Below, piece by piece: positions 26,717 through 36,211 of a stretch of 64,000 nt of DNA. The position numbers were made by a program, and so were the translations under genes. The number at the start of each line of letters is the position of its first letter. Within the stretch, counting starts at the first letter, position 1. Source of the stretch: a virus; the IMG/VR virus record IMGVR_UViG_3300032093_011758, positions 1 to 64,000 of that record. One strand, 5' to 3'. The notes below the pieces were generated by a model. It was not told the origin of the DNA. It was given only the letters and a program-made list of their open reading frames with translations, and made no database searches.

Positions 26717-28522
26717 ATGGGTGCATTATTAGAAAGTGGTCTCGTTGGTAATATTGGATTAAAACACCTTAAAGTTATCAAAGAAGACACAATTAGCAAA
26801 TGGGACAAATTAGGATTCTTAGAGGGTCTTAGAGGTCACCTTAAAGAGAACGTTGCTCAGTTATATGAAAACCAAGCATCATTCTTAATCAACGAAGCTT
26901 CTGCGACAGATTCTTCTGGTTCTTTTGAAACAGTTGTATTTCCTATCGTAAGAAGAGTATTCTCTAAACTTTTAGCTAACGACATCGTGTCTGTACAAGC
27001 AATGAACTTACCTATCGGTAAATTATTCTACTTTGTTCCTAAAATTCAGGGATACAGTGGAGGAACCGCTAACAGAAGTGGTGAACACAGAGCTCCAATC
27101 GGATCTCCAGGTAACTATCCTGGTGATGCTAACGCAGGTTACGAAGGTGCTTCAGCTTATAAGAAAAATCTTTATGATCTATTTTATGAAGGTTCTGAAC
27201 CAACATTAAATCCTGGTGGTCTTTTTGATTATTCTAAAGGTCAGTGGACAGCTATCACGGCTACTACTACAGTTGTTGAATGGTCAAATGGTGACTTAGT
27301 TCCAACTGATTCTCTTACAGGTGAACACAGAAAAATCCTAATCAAAATGTGCGGTTTCAACGACACTGGTTATGGTAAATTAATCGGACCTGATGGTTCT
27401 GAAATGGATACAGAAAGCTTCTTGTCAGATCTTCATGTTGTTGCAGGTACCGGATTGGATGTTGTTGCAGGTTGTGTTGATACAACTGCAAGTGCTCTTC
27501 CTTTCAGAGTTGTAACTCAGAAATATGGTAAAGGTATCGTTAATCCTAACTACGAAACAAGAACAACTGCTTGGCCTAATACAAGTGGTGGTAAATATGA
27601 CGATGTTTGTAGTGTTGACGGATGTATCATTCTTGAAGTTGATCTTCAATGTCCTGTATGTGTTAACTGTGGTCAAAGTACTCCTGATGGATACAGTGGA
27701 GTTACAGTAACATCTGCAGCTTCTGCAACATCTTTCGTAGCTGTTTTCAGAAGATATGAAGAACTTGAGTTTGAAGATAAGATCGGTGAGGTTTCTTTTG
27801 ATCTTGAATCAGTAACAGTTTCTGTAACTGAAAGAAAGTTAAGAGCTCAGTGGTCTCCTGAATTGGCTCAAGACGTTGCGGCTTTCCACAACATTGACGC
27901 TGAAGCTGAACTTACAGCATTACTTTCTGAGCAAGTTGCTGCTGAGATTGATAGAGAAATCTTAAGAGATCTTAGAAAAGGCGCGGCTTGGACTTTAAGA
28001 TGGGATTACAACGGTTGGAAAAGACTCGGTGTTACTACATCTTACACTCAGAAAGATTGGAACCAAACTCTTATCACAGCAATCAACCAAGTATCTGCAC
28101 AGATCCACAAATCAACTCTTAGAGGTGGTGCTAACTGGATCGTGGTTTCTTCTGAAATCAGTGCAATATTTGATGATTTAGAGTATTTCCACGTTTCAAA
28201 CGCTTCTCCGGAGCAAGATCAGTACAACATGGGTATTGAAAGAGTAGGTACTCTTGCAGGTAGATACCAAGTATATCGTGATCCTTACTTCCCACCAAAC
28301 ACAGTATTGATGGGTCACAAAGGTACATCACTTCTTGATACAGGTTACATCTACGCTCCTTATGTACCTCTTCAATTAACACCTACAATGTACAATCCGT
28401 TCAACTTTACTCCTATCAAGGGTATTATGACGAGATACGCTAAGAAAATGGTTAACAACCGTTTCTACGGACGTATTCAAGTTGATGGTGTTAGAACGTT
28501 TGATTTACAAGAGTTGAGATAA
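26717..28522 (+). CDS. major capsid protein (T4 gp23-like)
   Basis: LYENQ, VSVQAM, RKLRAQWSPELAQD, AEIDREI, YAPYVPL, GIMTRY. Confidence 0.96.
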   Translation: MGALLESGLVGNIGLKHLKVIKEDTISKWDKLGFLEGLRGHLKENVAQLYENQASFLINEASATDSSGSFETVVFPIVRRVFSKLLANDIVSVQAMNLPIGKLFYFVPKIQGYSGGTANRSGEHRAPIGSPGNYPGDANAGYEGASAYKKNLYDLFYEGSEPTLNPGGLFDYSKGQWTAITATTTVVEWSNGDLVPTDSLTGEHRKILIKMCGFNDTGYGKLIGPDGSEMDTESFLSDLHVVAGTGLDVVAGCVDTTASALPFRVVTQKYGKGIVNPNYETRTTAWPNTSGGKYDDVCSVDGCIILEVDLQCPVCVNCGQSTPDGYSGVTVTSAASATSFVAVFRRYEELEFEDKIGEVSFDLESVTVSVTERKLRAQWSPELAQDVAAFHNIDAEAELTALLSEQVAAEIDREILRDLRKGAAWTLRWDYNGWKRLGVTTSYTQKDWNQTLITAINQVSAQIHKSTLRGGANWIVVSSEISAIFDDLEYFHVSNASPEQDQYNMGIERVGTLAGRYQVYRDPYFPPNTVLMGHKGTSLLDTGYIYAPYVPLQLTPTMYNPFNFTPIKGIMTRYAKKMVNNRFYGRIQVDGVRTFDLQELR

Positions 28523-28541
28523 TATTCTCTAATCAAATAAC

Positions 28542-28572
28542 AAAAGGGACAAGAAATTGTCCCTTTTTTTTT
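28542..28572 (+). terminator. intrinsic terminator after MCP
   Basis: AAAAGGGACAA-GAAA-TTGTCCCTTTTTTT. Confidence 0.85.
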
Positions 28573-28613
28573 ATTTGACATTTATTATATTGTTAGTATT
28601 TTTCTATTAAAAA

Positions 28614-29849
28614 ATGATAAATTATTGTGAAATAGATAAGTGCCCAATAACCGGTGACGATAAAAAAATCGTTTATTTGGACTTAGGTTTAATGCCTTTG
28701 GTAAATAATTTAAATAATACAAGAGAGGATTCCCTAAATTGTGATAAATTTCCATTGGCGGTTCAAGTTTTCATGAAGAGTCAATTATCTACATTGACTA
28801 TTGAAGTGGATCCCACAATTTTGTATAATCATTATTTATATAAATCAAGTGTTTCTCAACCATATATTGAACATTGTAAAGAAATGTTTTGGTTTCTGAA
28901 TACGTATTTACAATTGAAAGGAGGTGACAATATTTTAGATATTGGTGGAAATGATGGAACTTTATTAAAAACTTTTCTAAGTTTTAAACCTGATTTAAAT
29001 GTTTTAAATATTGATGCATCAAAAAACCTTACTATAGAATCCGAAAAAAATGGTATACCATCACTGAATCAATTTTGGAATTCAAATTTAGCTCAATCAA
29101 TTGATCGTAAATTCAAATTGATAACAACAACTAACTGTTTCCAACATACTAAACCTATAGAAAGTTTCGTTCAAGGAATTTCTTTGAGCTTAGATAAATT
29201 CGGGATTTGGTGTTTAGAATTCCCATATTGGAAAAAAAGTATGGAAACAGATCAATTTGATCAAATATATCATGAACACATCTATTATTATTTAGTAGAA
29301 CCATTAACTAAATTATTTGATAAATATAATTTAAGGATTATAAAAGCAGTACAATATCCTATTCACGGAGGAACAATGAGATTATTAATATCCCATAAAG
29401 GAGAGCTAGGCGAAGCTTTCCAACCTTGTGATTATAGTATTCCTCCTATATTAGAAAATGAAAAGTTTACTTTAGAGGATTATGTTAAATGGGGGGATAA
29501 AATAAAAAATAAATTTGAAAAGACTAAAGATTTTTTAGTTTCATTGAAAAATCAAGGTTATAAAATAGCCGGTTTCGGAGCGGCGGCTAAAGGTTGTGTA
29601 TTTCTCAATGCCGCTCAAATTGATTATCAAATCATAGATTATGTAATTGATGATACTTATATAAAACAAAATAAATTTATCCCGGGTACTGGTATTGAAA
29701 TAGTTTCAAGAGAAGAATTGAAACGCTCTCAAGTTGACTATATTTTAATTTTAGCTCATAATTTTTTAGATTATATTATAAAACTTTTGAGATATGATGG
29801 GTATGAAGGTAAATTCATTGTATTGATACCTGAAACCAAAATTTTATAG
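28614..29849 (+). CDS. NDP-hexose C-methyltransferase-like SAM-dependent methyltransferase
   Basis: LDLGLMPLVN, LDIGGNDG, FDQIYHEH, HGG, FGAAAKG, IPGTGI, LAHNF. Confidence 0.88.
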   Translation: MINYCEIDKCPITGDDKKIVYLDLGLMPLVNNLNNTREDSLNCDKFPLAVQVFMKSQLSTLTIEVDPTILYNHYLYKSSVSQPYIEHCKEMFWFLNTYLQLKGGDNILDIGGNDGTLLKTFLSFKPDLNVLNIDASKNLTIESEKNGIPSLNQFWNSNLAQSIDRKFKLITTTNCFQHTKPIESFVQGISLSLDKFGIWCLEFPYWKKSMETDQFDQIYHEHIYYYLVEPLTKLFDKYNLRIIKAVQYPIHGGTMRLLISHKGELGEAFQPCDYSIPPILENEKFTLEDYVKWGDKIKNKFEKTKDFLVSLKNQGYKIAGFGAAAKGCVFLNAAQIDYQIIDYVIDDTYIKQNKFIPGTGIEIVSREELKRSQVDYILILAHNFLDYIIKLLRYDGYEGKFIVLIPETKIL

Positions 29850-29852
29850 TTT

Positions 29853-30221
29853 TCAATATAAAACTTGATTATATTTCTTAAGTATTTTATAACCTAAATT
29901 TATTCTAGGTTCTATTTGTGGTATAGAAAAGGAAATCAGATCTTTTATCTCATATAAAATTTCGTTGTTCTCACCTTCCAATTTTATGTTTTCAAAAAAA
30001 ACATATCTGTTTTTATCAAATGTGATTTTTATTTTAGAAAAGGAGGATTCAAATCCAATTAGTTCATCAATAATTCTCTCTAAATGAAGTAGATGAGGTG
30101 ATAAAACTTTATTATGGAAATCATAATCCACTTTTTGTAGATATGAAAAAAGTAAATATTCTTTATATTCTGAATCTAATGGAGAATCAATGTACCAAGT
30201 TAAAGATAATAAATTTTCCAT
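29853..30221 (-). CDS. hypothetical protein
   Basis: 122-aa ORF (W...PLDSEYKEYLL.SYLQ). Confidence 0.7.
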   Translation of the reverse strand: MENLLSLTWYIDSPLDSEYKEYLLFSYLQKVDYDFHNKVLSPHLLHLERIIDELIGFESSFSKIKITFDKNRYVFFENIKLEGENNEILYEIKDLISFSIPQIEPRINLGYKILKKYNQVLY

Positions 30222-30292
30222 AACTAAGGTTTTATTATAAATATAATATAGTTATTTTTAAATAATAAAGTATTTATTAAAAAATAATTGTT

Positions 30293-31537
30293 ATGATAAA
30301 AAACTTATTTGAGGTATCTCAAGAAGAAAAAAATAGAATTTTGAGATTGCATGAAACGGCAACAAAAAAACAATATTTAATATTTGAACAAACTGAAAAC
30401 CCAGATCCTTCGGAATTTGGACCTGTGAATTTGGGTCAACATTTCGGATATGCCGATTATGAATCGGAAGCCGTTAAAGCAGACATACAAAAATTAAAAC
30501 CTCAAATTGAAAAATTTATTTCGGAAAACACATCTTATTCTAAATTTGAAGTGAAAATTGAAGGTGGAGAATCTAGAGTTACAAACCCAGAAAAATTTAA
30601 ACAACAAGGAAGTTTAGCATTGGCAAGAGCAAATAGTGTTAAAAAGTATTTTGAAGAAATTTTTCCCGAACAAATAAAAAACGGGGTTTTAGTAATTAAT
30701 GCTCCAACTGATGTAAATCAAATCGAAATTGGTACAACACCATATGGAGGACCCGGTAGTGGGGATCATACAGATAAAGCTAAAATACCTCTATATGAAA
30801 AAGAACAATTTGTTAGATTTCAAATTAAAGGTATCGGAGAAAAAACATCAATTCCACTAACAGGAACTACCGGTAATACTTTAAGTTGTCAAGAATCATT
30901 AACATCCTCCGGATTACAAGGTTTTGGAGATGTGACAAAGGATTTTACAGTATCAATAGATACTGAATTAACCATTGAAAAAGGTGAGTTCACAATAGAT
31001 GGCTATACATACGACATGCCAGATATATTATATTTTAGTTTGGATGGAAATACTAACTTCAAAAATAATTCTGGAAAGTTCAGAGGTGTTGACGCTCCAT
31101 GGACTAGAATATTTTTAGGAACTGCATTAAGAACAAAATATGGTACAAATCTACCAGAAACCTTATCTTCACAAGGGTATTCAATAACTATACCTGACAT
31201 AACATTTTTAAGACGAAACTTAATTTCGGCGTTCAACAGTTGGAATATTACTTCTTTTCATAATTTGTTTTTAAATTCACCATATAAAAATGATAGTTGG
31301 TGGACATCAATGTCAAACTACCATAATTCAAAAAGAAAAAATAATGATTTAAACTTATTATTGAAAGAGTTAGGTGATGAATTTCCATGGGGTTATCTGA
31401 ATGGTGATATTCTTAGCCCACGATTCAGTGTCGGACCAATCAAAGTGGATACACCGGGAAAACCACAAAAACTAACAGTAATCAACTTTGCTCCAAATGG
31501 TAATACTAACTGGGAGTTTCAAATAATTTGTAAATAA
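30293..31537 (+). CDS. putative virion protein with OmpA-C-like segment
   Basis: Leader VSQEEKNRILRLHE; IEGGES...LALARANSVKKYF resembles the OmpA-like LSxxRAxxVxxYL motif. Confidence 0.5.
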   Translation: MIKNLFEVSQEEKNRILRLHETATKKQYLIFEQTENPDPSEFGPVNLGQHFGYADYESEAVKADIQKLKPQIEKFISENTSYSKFEVKIEGGESRVTNPEKFKQQGSLALARANSVKKYFEEIFPEQIKNGVLVINAPTDVNQIEIGTTPYGGPGSGDHTDKAKIPLYEKEQFVRFQIKGIGEKTSIPLTGTTGNTLSCQESLTSSGLQGFGDVTKDFTVSIDTELTIEKGEFTIDGYTYDMPDILYFSLDGNTNFKNNSGKFRGVDAPWTRIFLGTALRTKYGTNLPETLSSQGYSITIPDITFLRRNLISAFNSWNITSFHNLFLNSPYKNDSWWTSMSNYHNSKRKNNDLNLLLKELGDEFPWGYLNGDILSPRFSVGPIKVDTPGKPQKLTVINFAPNGNTNWEFQIICK

Positions 31538-31538
31538 A

Positions 31539-31919
31539 TTAATCAATTGAACAGTTTCTTCTTGAGTGGGTTCTAACAGATAGTACAACTAAATTAGTTT
31601 CTTGAGTTGCAACATTTTTTAATGGTATCGTTAATGGAAATGTTAAATTATTTTTTTTAAATAATGAATCAAGAGATTCATTGCAATAATAAGAATATTT
31701 GTTACTTAAAGTATCCAAAACTCCTATCATTGAAAGTTCATACCTCAACGAATCTTTTATTTCTGTTTTATACCCATTCAATAAGTAGAAACTTACTTTA
31801 ACATTTAAAATTTCGGAAAGATAATTGTAGATATTATCATTAGTTGTTGGTTTTCTGACTTGAGAAAAACTAACGAAGGAGAATCCAAGGAATACTAGTG
31901 TGATCAGTTGTTTTTTCAT
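31539..31919 (-). CDS. secreted protein
   Basis: Bacteroidota-style signal peptide MKKQLITLVFLGFSFVSFS/Q. Confidence 0.65.
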   Translation of the reverse strand: MKKQLITLVFLGFSFVSFSQVRKPTTNDNIYNYLSEILNVKVSFYLLNGYKTEIKDSLRYELSMIGVLDTLSNKYSYYCNESLDSLFKKNNLTFPLTIPLKNVATQETNLVVLSVRTHSRRNCSID

Positions 31920-31947
31920 CTTTTTTAAATTTAGAATGTAAAGATAA

Positions 31948-32202
31948 CTAATTTTCCTGAATATCTGGTGTAGAAATTTTTCTTAAAGCTTTAGATAATA
32001 ATTCTGATTCTAATAATGAGTACGCATTTCTCTTATAGGCCGATTGGGCAGCCTGAATTAAACAATATAAAGCTTGTTCATAAGTTAAATTATTTATAAA
32101 CTTTTCAATGTCTTCATTTTTGTAAAAATTGATATTATCAAATAGTATACCCATCGGGATATCATAATTTGGGATATTTTCCTCTTTGTGATCCATAAAC
32201 AT
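31948..32202 (-). CDS. hypothetical protein
   Basis: 84-aa ORF. Confidence 0.65.
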   Translation of the reverse strand: MFMDHKEENIPNYDIPMGILFDNINFYKNEDIEKFINNLTYEQALYCLIQAAQSAYKRNAYSLLESELLSKALRKISTPDIQEN

Positions 32203-32242
32203 TACTTATTAGATATTTATAATATAACTATTTTTTTTAATA

Positions 32243-32926
32243 ATGTCTAATAATTTCAAGAAAATAAATGAAGCAACTTCCGCCGGAAATGCTGGTGGAT
32301 ATAGAAACCCATTAGTCATGGGTCTGAAATTATGGGGTAAAAAAACATTAGAACCCTACAATAAAAAAGTTTCCAAATACGACAACCCTCAACTCGCACA
32401 TGATAGTTATGATGGAAAATTGAATGTTTCAAAAAAGAAAGCCGCACAAATGGAAAAATTATCAAAAAAAATTGCTAACTATTTAAAAAAACACCCAACT
32501 CTTAATGACACAGATGGTGATAATATCAATGGTGGAAATGGTCCTAAACAAAAAACTAAACCTTTGAATGAGGATCTTGCGGTTTGGTTCGGAACGAAAA
32601 AAAAACCAAAAGGAAGTAGTCAACCTAAAGGTCCATGGGTTAATATTTGTAGAAAAAAGGAAGGTGGAGGACATCCCCCTTGTGGTAGACCTGAAGCAGA
32701 ACCGGGATCATATCCTAAATGTAGAGCGGCGGGTGTTGCGGCTAAAATGACTGATGCACAAAAAAGATCTGCATGTCAGCAAAAAAGAAGGGCCGAAAAA
32801 TCAGACCCCAAAATCGGTAAAGGAAATAAACCTACCATGGTTTCCTACAAACCAAAGAAAAAAACTTCAGAGGATATAGTTTTAGAAAATTTAATCAAAA
32901 ATATTTTGAGACGTATGTTTATCTAA
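32243..32926 (+). CDS. basic Cys-motif protein (putative head internal protein)
   Basis: KINEA leader; LNEDLAVWF...PWVNIC...PCGR...YPKC. Confidence 0.65.
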   Translation: MSNNFKKINEATSAGNAGGYRNPLVMGLKLWGKKTLEPYNKKVSKYDNPQLAHDSYDGKLNVSKKKAAQMEKLSKKIANYLKKHPTLNDTDGDNINGGNGPKQKTKPLNEDLAVWFGTKKKPKGSSQPKGPWVNICRKKEGGGHPPCGRPEAEPGSYPKCRAAGVAAKMTDAQKRSACQQKRRAEKSDPKIGKGNKPTMVSYKPKKKTSEDIVLENLIKNILRRMFI

Positions 32927-33331
32927 ATTACTCAGAATATTTTTTAATGAATATTCAATGTTTGATTTTATTTCCTCTTCCAATTCAATTCTTTTTCTTT
33001 CTTGTTCTTTATCTATGAGTTGTATTATTTCAAAATAATATTTATCCTCCTCAAAATATACATCGTATCTATAACTATCGTTGATAATTGACGCCATTCT
33101 GTTTTCAATCACAACAAACATTTTCAGAGAATCATTTTTCAAATATCTTTTATTTGACAATGGTGCGCTTGTAATTTTTGTGTCTTTTAAAGGGATTAAT
33201 TTTTTACAGATTTCAAAACAAATTATTTGTTCTTCTGAAATGGGTTTTGGATGATCAAATTTATTTTTTAAAAATAAATAAACTTTGTATAATAATCTTG
33301 GGATGTAACCTACAATTTCTTTGTTGTCCAT
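32891..33331 (-). CDS. hypothetical protein
   Basis: 146-aa ORF; TAACTTTG host-type element just upstream. Confidence 0.7.
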   Translation of the reverse strand: MDNKEIVGYIPRLLYKVYLFLKNKFDHPKPISEEQIICFEICKKLIPLKDTKITSAPLSNKRYLKNDSLKMFVVIENRMASIINDSYRYDVYFEEDKYYFEIIQLIDKEQERKRIELEEEIKSNIEYSLKNILSNLDKHTSQNIFD

Positions 33332-33408
33332 ATATCAAAGTTAAAAAAAAATAATTAAAAATAATTTCTTTTTCTAATTTTTTTTTGTTATTCTTAAAAA
33401 AAAAACAT

Positions 33409-33834
33409 ATGTCAAAAGTAAAAAACGGAGACACAATTAGTGTCCACTACACAGGTAAATTAGAAGACGGTACTGTCTTTGATTCTTCTTTATTGAATAA
33501 CAGACAACCATTGAAAGCGACTTTAGGTCAAAATCAATTGATTAAAGGGTTTGAGAGTGGTTTAATTGATATGGAAGTTGGTTCTAAAAAAACAATTACA
33601 ATTGAACCATCAAATGCTTATGGTGAATTAAATGAACAGATGGTAATTGAAGTACCTAAAAACAAGGTTCCTGAAAATGTTGAGGTTGGTCATACTTTAC
33701 AAGCTCAAACACCACAAGGACCTGTAAATGTCTTAGTTAAAGAGATTAAAGAAGAGTCGGTAATTTTGGATGGTAATCATCCATTAGCCGGAAAAACTTT
33801 GATTTTTGATCTTGAACTAATGGGAATTGAATAA
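33409..33834 (+). CDS. FKBP-type peptidyl-prolyl isomerase (SlyD/FkpB-like, IF domain, no His tail)
   Basis: VHYTGKLEDGTVFDSS, LIKGFE, AYG, DGNHPLAGKTLIFD; start moved to ATG 33409. Confidence 0.92.
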   Translation: MSKVKNGDTISVHYTGKLEDGTVFDSSLLNNRQPLKATLGQNQLIKGFESGLIDMEVGSKKTITIEPSNAYGELNEQMVIEVPKNKVPENVEVGHTLQAQTPQGPVNVLVKEIKEESVILDGNHPLAGKTLIFDLELMGIE

Positions 33835-33840
33835 AAAATT

Positions 33841-33866
33841 AACCCCTCGTTTAAGAGGGGTTTTTT
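33841..33866. terminator. bidirectional intrinsic terminator
   Basis: AACCCCTC-GTTTAA-GAGGGGTTTTTT between convergent genes. Confidence 0.75.
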
Positions 33867-33869
33867 AAT

Positions 33870-34676
33870 TTAACAATAAGGTGGGGAACATCTTTTTTTA
33901 CCATCAGTTCCTGGCATTTTTCCTTTGCAAACTTGTACAGCGTATCCGTTTGCATATGCTGAGGGGTAAACTTTAAATTTAGCCTTTGCTGCTGACTTAC
34001 CTCTAGCACATAATTTGGTTCCTGTTTTTTTTCTTCCTTCTGAAACCATATCAGAGTCATCAGATATCACATCAAAATCCGTGTCGGCTTCGTTTGTCAG
34101 AAAATCAAATACTTGGTCTATTGACTCTTTGGCAGTTGCAACATGATCTTGAGCCCAATCATGACCATTTTCTAAAACTTGTGAAATCATATTTTCATCC
34201 ATATCTAATAACAAATCACATTGTCTTTTGATTTGTTCTAAATTTTGGAAAAACATGTATCTATCGTTTCTTTGTTCCTTCAAAACCTTTTTGATAACTT
34301 TTTGAAGATAACTTTCTTCAACATGTTTTTCTCCTTTCATTTTTAAATATTTGTCTAAAGGTAGGTCATCAGATTTTATTGGAGAGTAAGGTTTTTGTTC
34401 TTTCCATTTTTCACTTCTACCTCCGATGGCTTGTTTGTAATTACGTCCTTTAGATCTCATTTTGTCTTGGAATTCTTCATCGTAATCGTCAAATGCTTCA
34501 TAACCTTCCGGTGTATCATAGTCATTGGAATCATTTTCAAATTCAGTGTCATAAGTTTCTTCATCGTCTATTGTATCAGATGTGTCAATAGAATAAATTA
34601 AAGGATCTTCCGATGATAAATCTTCATCATTTTTTTTATACTTGAAATCGTATGGATTTATAGGTTTTTTCTTCAT
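33870..34676 (-). CDS. hypothetical protein, acidic N-terminus and basic Cys-containing C-terminal domain
   Basis: GHDWAQDH; KLCARGKSAAKAKFKVYPSAYANG. Confidence 0.7.
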   Translation of the reverse strand: MKKKPINPYDFKYKKNDEDLSSEDPLIYSIDTSDTIDDEETYDTEFENDSNDYDTPEGYEAFDDYDEEFQDKMRSKGRNYKQAIGGRSEKWKEQKPYSPIKSDDLPLDKYLKMKGEKHVEESYLQKVIKKVLKEQRNDRYMFFQNLEQIKRQCDLLLDMDENMISQVLENGHDWAQDHVATAKESIDQVFDFLTNEADTDFDVISDDSDMVSEGRKKTGTKLCARGKSAAKAKFKVYPSAYANGYAVQVCKGKMPGTDGKKRCSPPYC

Positions 34677-34677
34677 G

Positions 34678-36180
34678 TTACTTTTTATTTACAATTTGAA
34701 ATTTTATTGTTCTTTTATAAGTATCTACAATCCCACTTGTGTTTACTTTAATATCTACAAAATACTCGTTTGGTATTTTATCTCTTGTGTCAAATATAAA
34801 GTAGTATTCGTTAGTGGTCCTATTAAGTTTGGTCCAATCCTGAACTTGAACTTCTGTGTTTCCTTCTCTAACGTATATTCTATAAAATCCATCCACATTT
34901 TGAAGTAGATGTTTGGTTGTGTAAGCTTTTTTGATTACTACCCCCACTTTTCTGATATCAGTGTTCAATATTTTTTCATCTTGTTTTATTCCGTAAAAAT
35001 CAAACCCATAAATTTCAGGTTCTTTAGATTGAACACCCAACATTATTTTGTTTTTATAAGGTAATAATGTAAATTCATTTTCTATGTTAGGTAATAATTC
35101 ACCATTCAACTTTACATTAGACCAAACATCAGAAAATTGACAAGGGGTTTTAAATCCATTTATAGGAGGAATTTGAACCTCATAAACCCCTTTTGTCTTT
35201 CTACATGTAGGTAGACCTATTAATGTTGGAATAGGGTCTCCATTGGGGTCTAAAATAGTTACTGAAGGATTCTCATCTAAGTTCACATAATCTCCATTGA
35301 TATATGCGAACAAATAAAGTTTGTTAGGGGTATTTTCAACAAATAAATTTCTATCATCTTCTATTAAATCATTATATGTTGTCAACAGGTATGGTTCGTA
35401 AAAAGTTTGTGTGTGTCTTGTAAAAAATGAAACACTATAGTTAGATGTAAGTCCGGTAATGTTTTCAAACTCAGGTCTGAAAGCTATACCCCATCCGGTT
35501 ACGTCGGTTATAGATCCGTTGATAATTCCATTTATTTCATTGGTCATATCAAAATTGATATCCTCATTTCCTTTATCAAAATGTTGAATATCTACAATTA
35601 CTAAGTCATCATAATTGACAAATGATGAAGTATTTTTATTACTATACATTCCTTCCTCAGACCAAAAATCCAAGTTTGTATTTTGGTACCAATTTGAAGG
35701 CCTATCAGAAACAGGATTGTCAACTAATGGTTCTGTGACCAATTGTACACCAACAAAGTTGTTAAGAGCTCTACTAGTATCATTGAAATCGTAACCAACT
35801 CCTTCATCCCAATTTTGTGGGTTTCCGTTTACACCTAATGTTTTTGGTATTCTGAATAATATCAAATCAAAAGAACTGGCTCTTTTTCTTTCGTCTGAAT
35901 TAAATGAATTCAAAAGTTCCTCATTGAATTTGATTGTGTTGGTCATCGTCAATGTATGTGTCAAATTATCAACACAACTTGTGCTTATAGTACCATCTAA
36001 AATCTTTTGAAATAATGTTGTAAAATCTATATTGAATATAAATCTACTGAACCCTTGAGGTGAAATACTTTCTCTATTAGATCCGTAATAGATATCCGTT
36101 ACAGGATTTCTACCGGTATTTAAAGTACTTTCAAATAATATCGTATTATTTTTGTTAAAATATGACCTATGTATGGACAT
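34678..36180 (-). CDS. putative virion structural protein
   Basis: 500-aa beta-rich ORF (WDEGVG, FFTRHT..YEP), late motif at 36193. Confidence 0.6.
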   Translation of the reverse strand: MSIHRSYFNKNNTILFESTLNTGRNPVTDIYYGSNRESISPQGFSRFIFNIDFTTLFQKILDGTISTSCVDNLTHTLTMTNTIKFNEELLNSFNSDERKRASSFDLILFRIPKTLGVNGNPQNWDEGVGYDFNDTSRALNNFVGVQLVTEPLVDNPVSDRPSNWYQNTNLDFWSEEGMYSNKNTSSFVNYDDLVIVDIQHFDKGNEDINFDMTNEINGIINGSITDVTGWGIAFRPEFENITGLTSNYSVSFFTRHTQTFYEPYLLTTYNDLIEDDRNLFVENTPNKLYLFAYINGDYVNLDENPSVTILDPNGDPIPTLIGLPTCRKTKGVYEVQIPPINGFKTPCQFSDVWSNVKLNGELLPNIENEFTLLPYKNKIMLGVQSKEPEIYGFDFYGIKQDEKILNTDIRKVGVVIKKAYTTKHLLQNVDGFYRIYVREGNTEVQVQDWTKLNRTTNEYYFIFDTRDKIPNEYFVDIKVNTSGIVDTYKRTIKFQIVNKK

Positions 36181-36211
36181 AATCTTTTAACAATAAATAT
36201 CAATAAAACAA

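Noticed and set aside
18886-28522. Introns, inteins or homing endonucleases in terminase, portal or MCP
   Set aside because: ORFs are continuous and of expected size; no intein or LAGLIDADG/HNH motifs seen
5821-33866. Repeated CCCCTC...GAGGGG hairpins (5825, 18850, 33843) as a mobile repeat family
   Set aside because: Short hairpins with T-tracts at gene ends; adequately explained as intrinsic terminators
33851-34060. 69-aa alternative-frame ORF
   Set aside because: Overlaps the better-supported 33870-34676 gene and runs into the terminator
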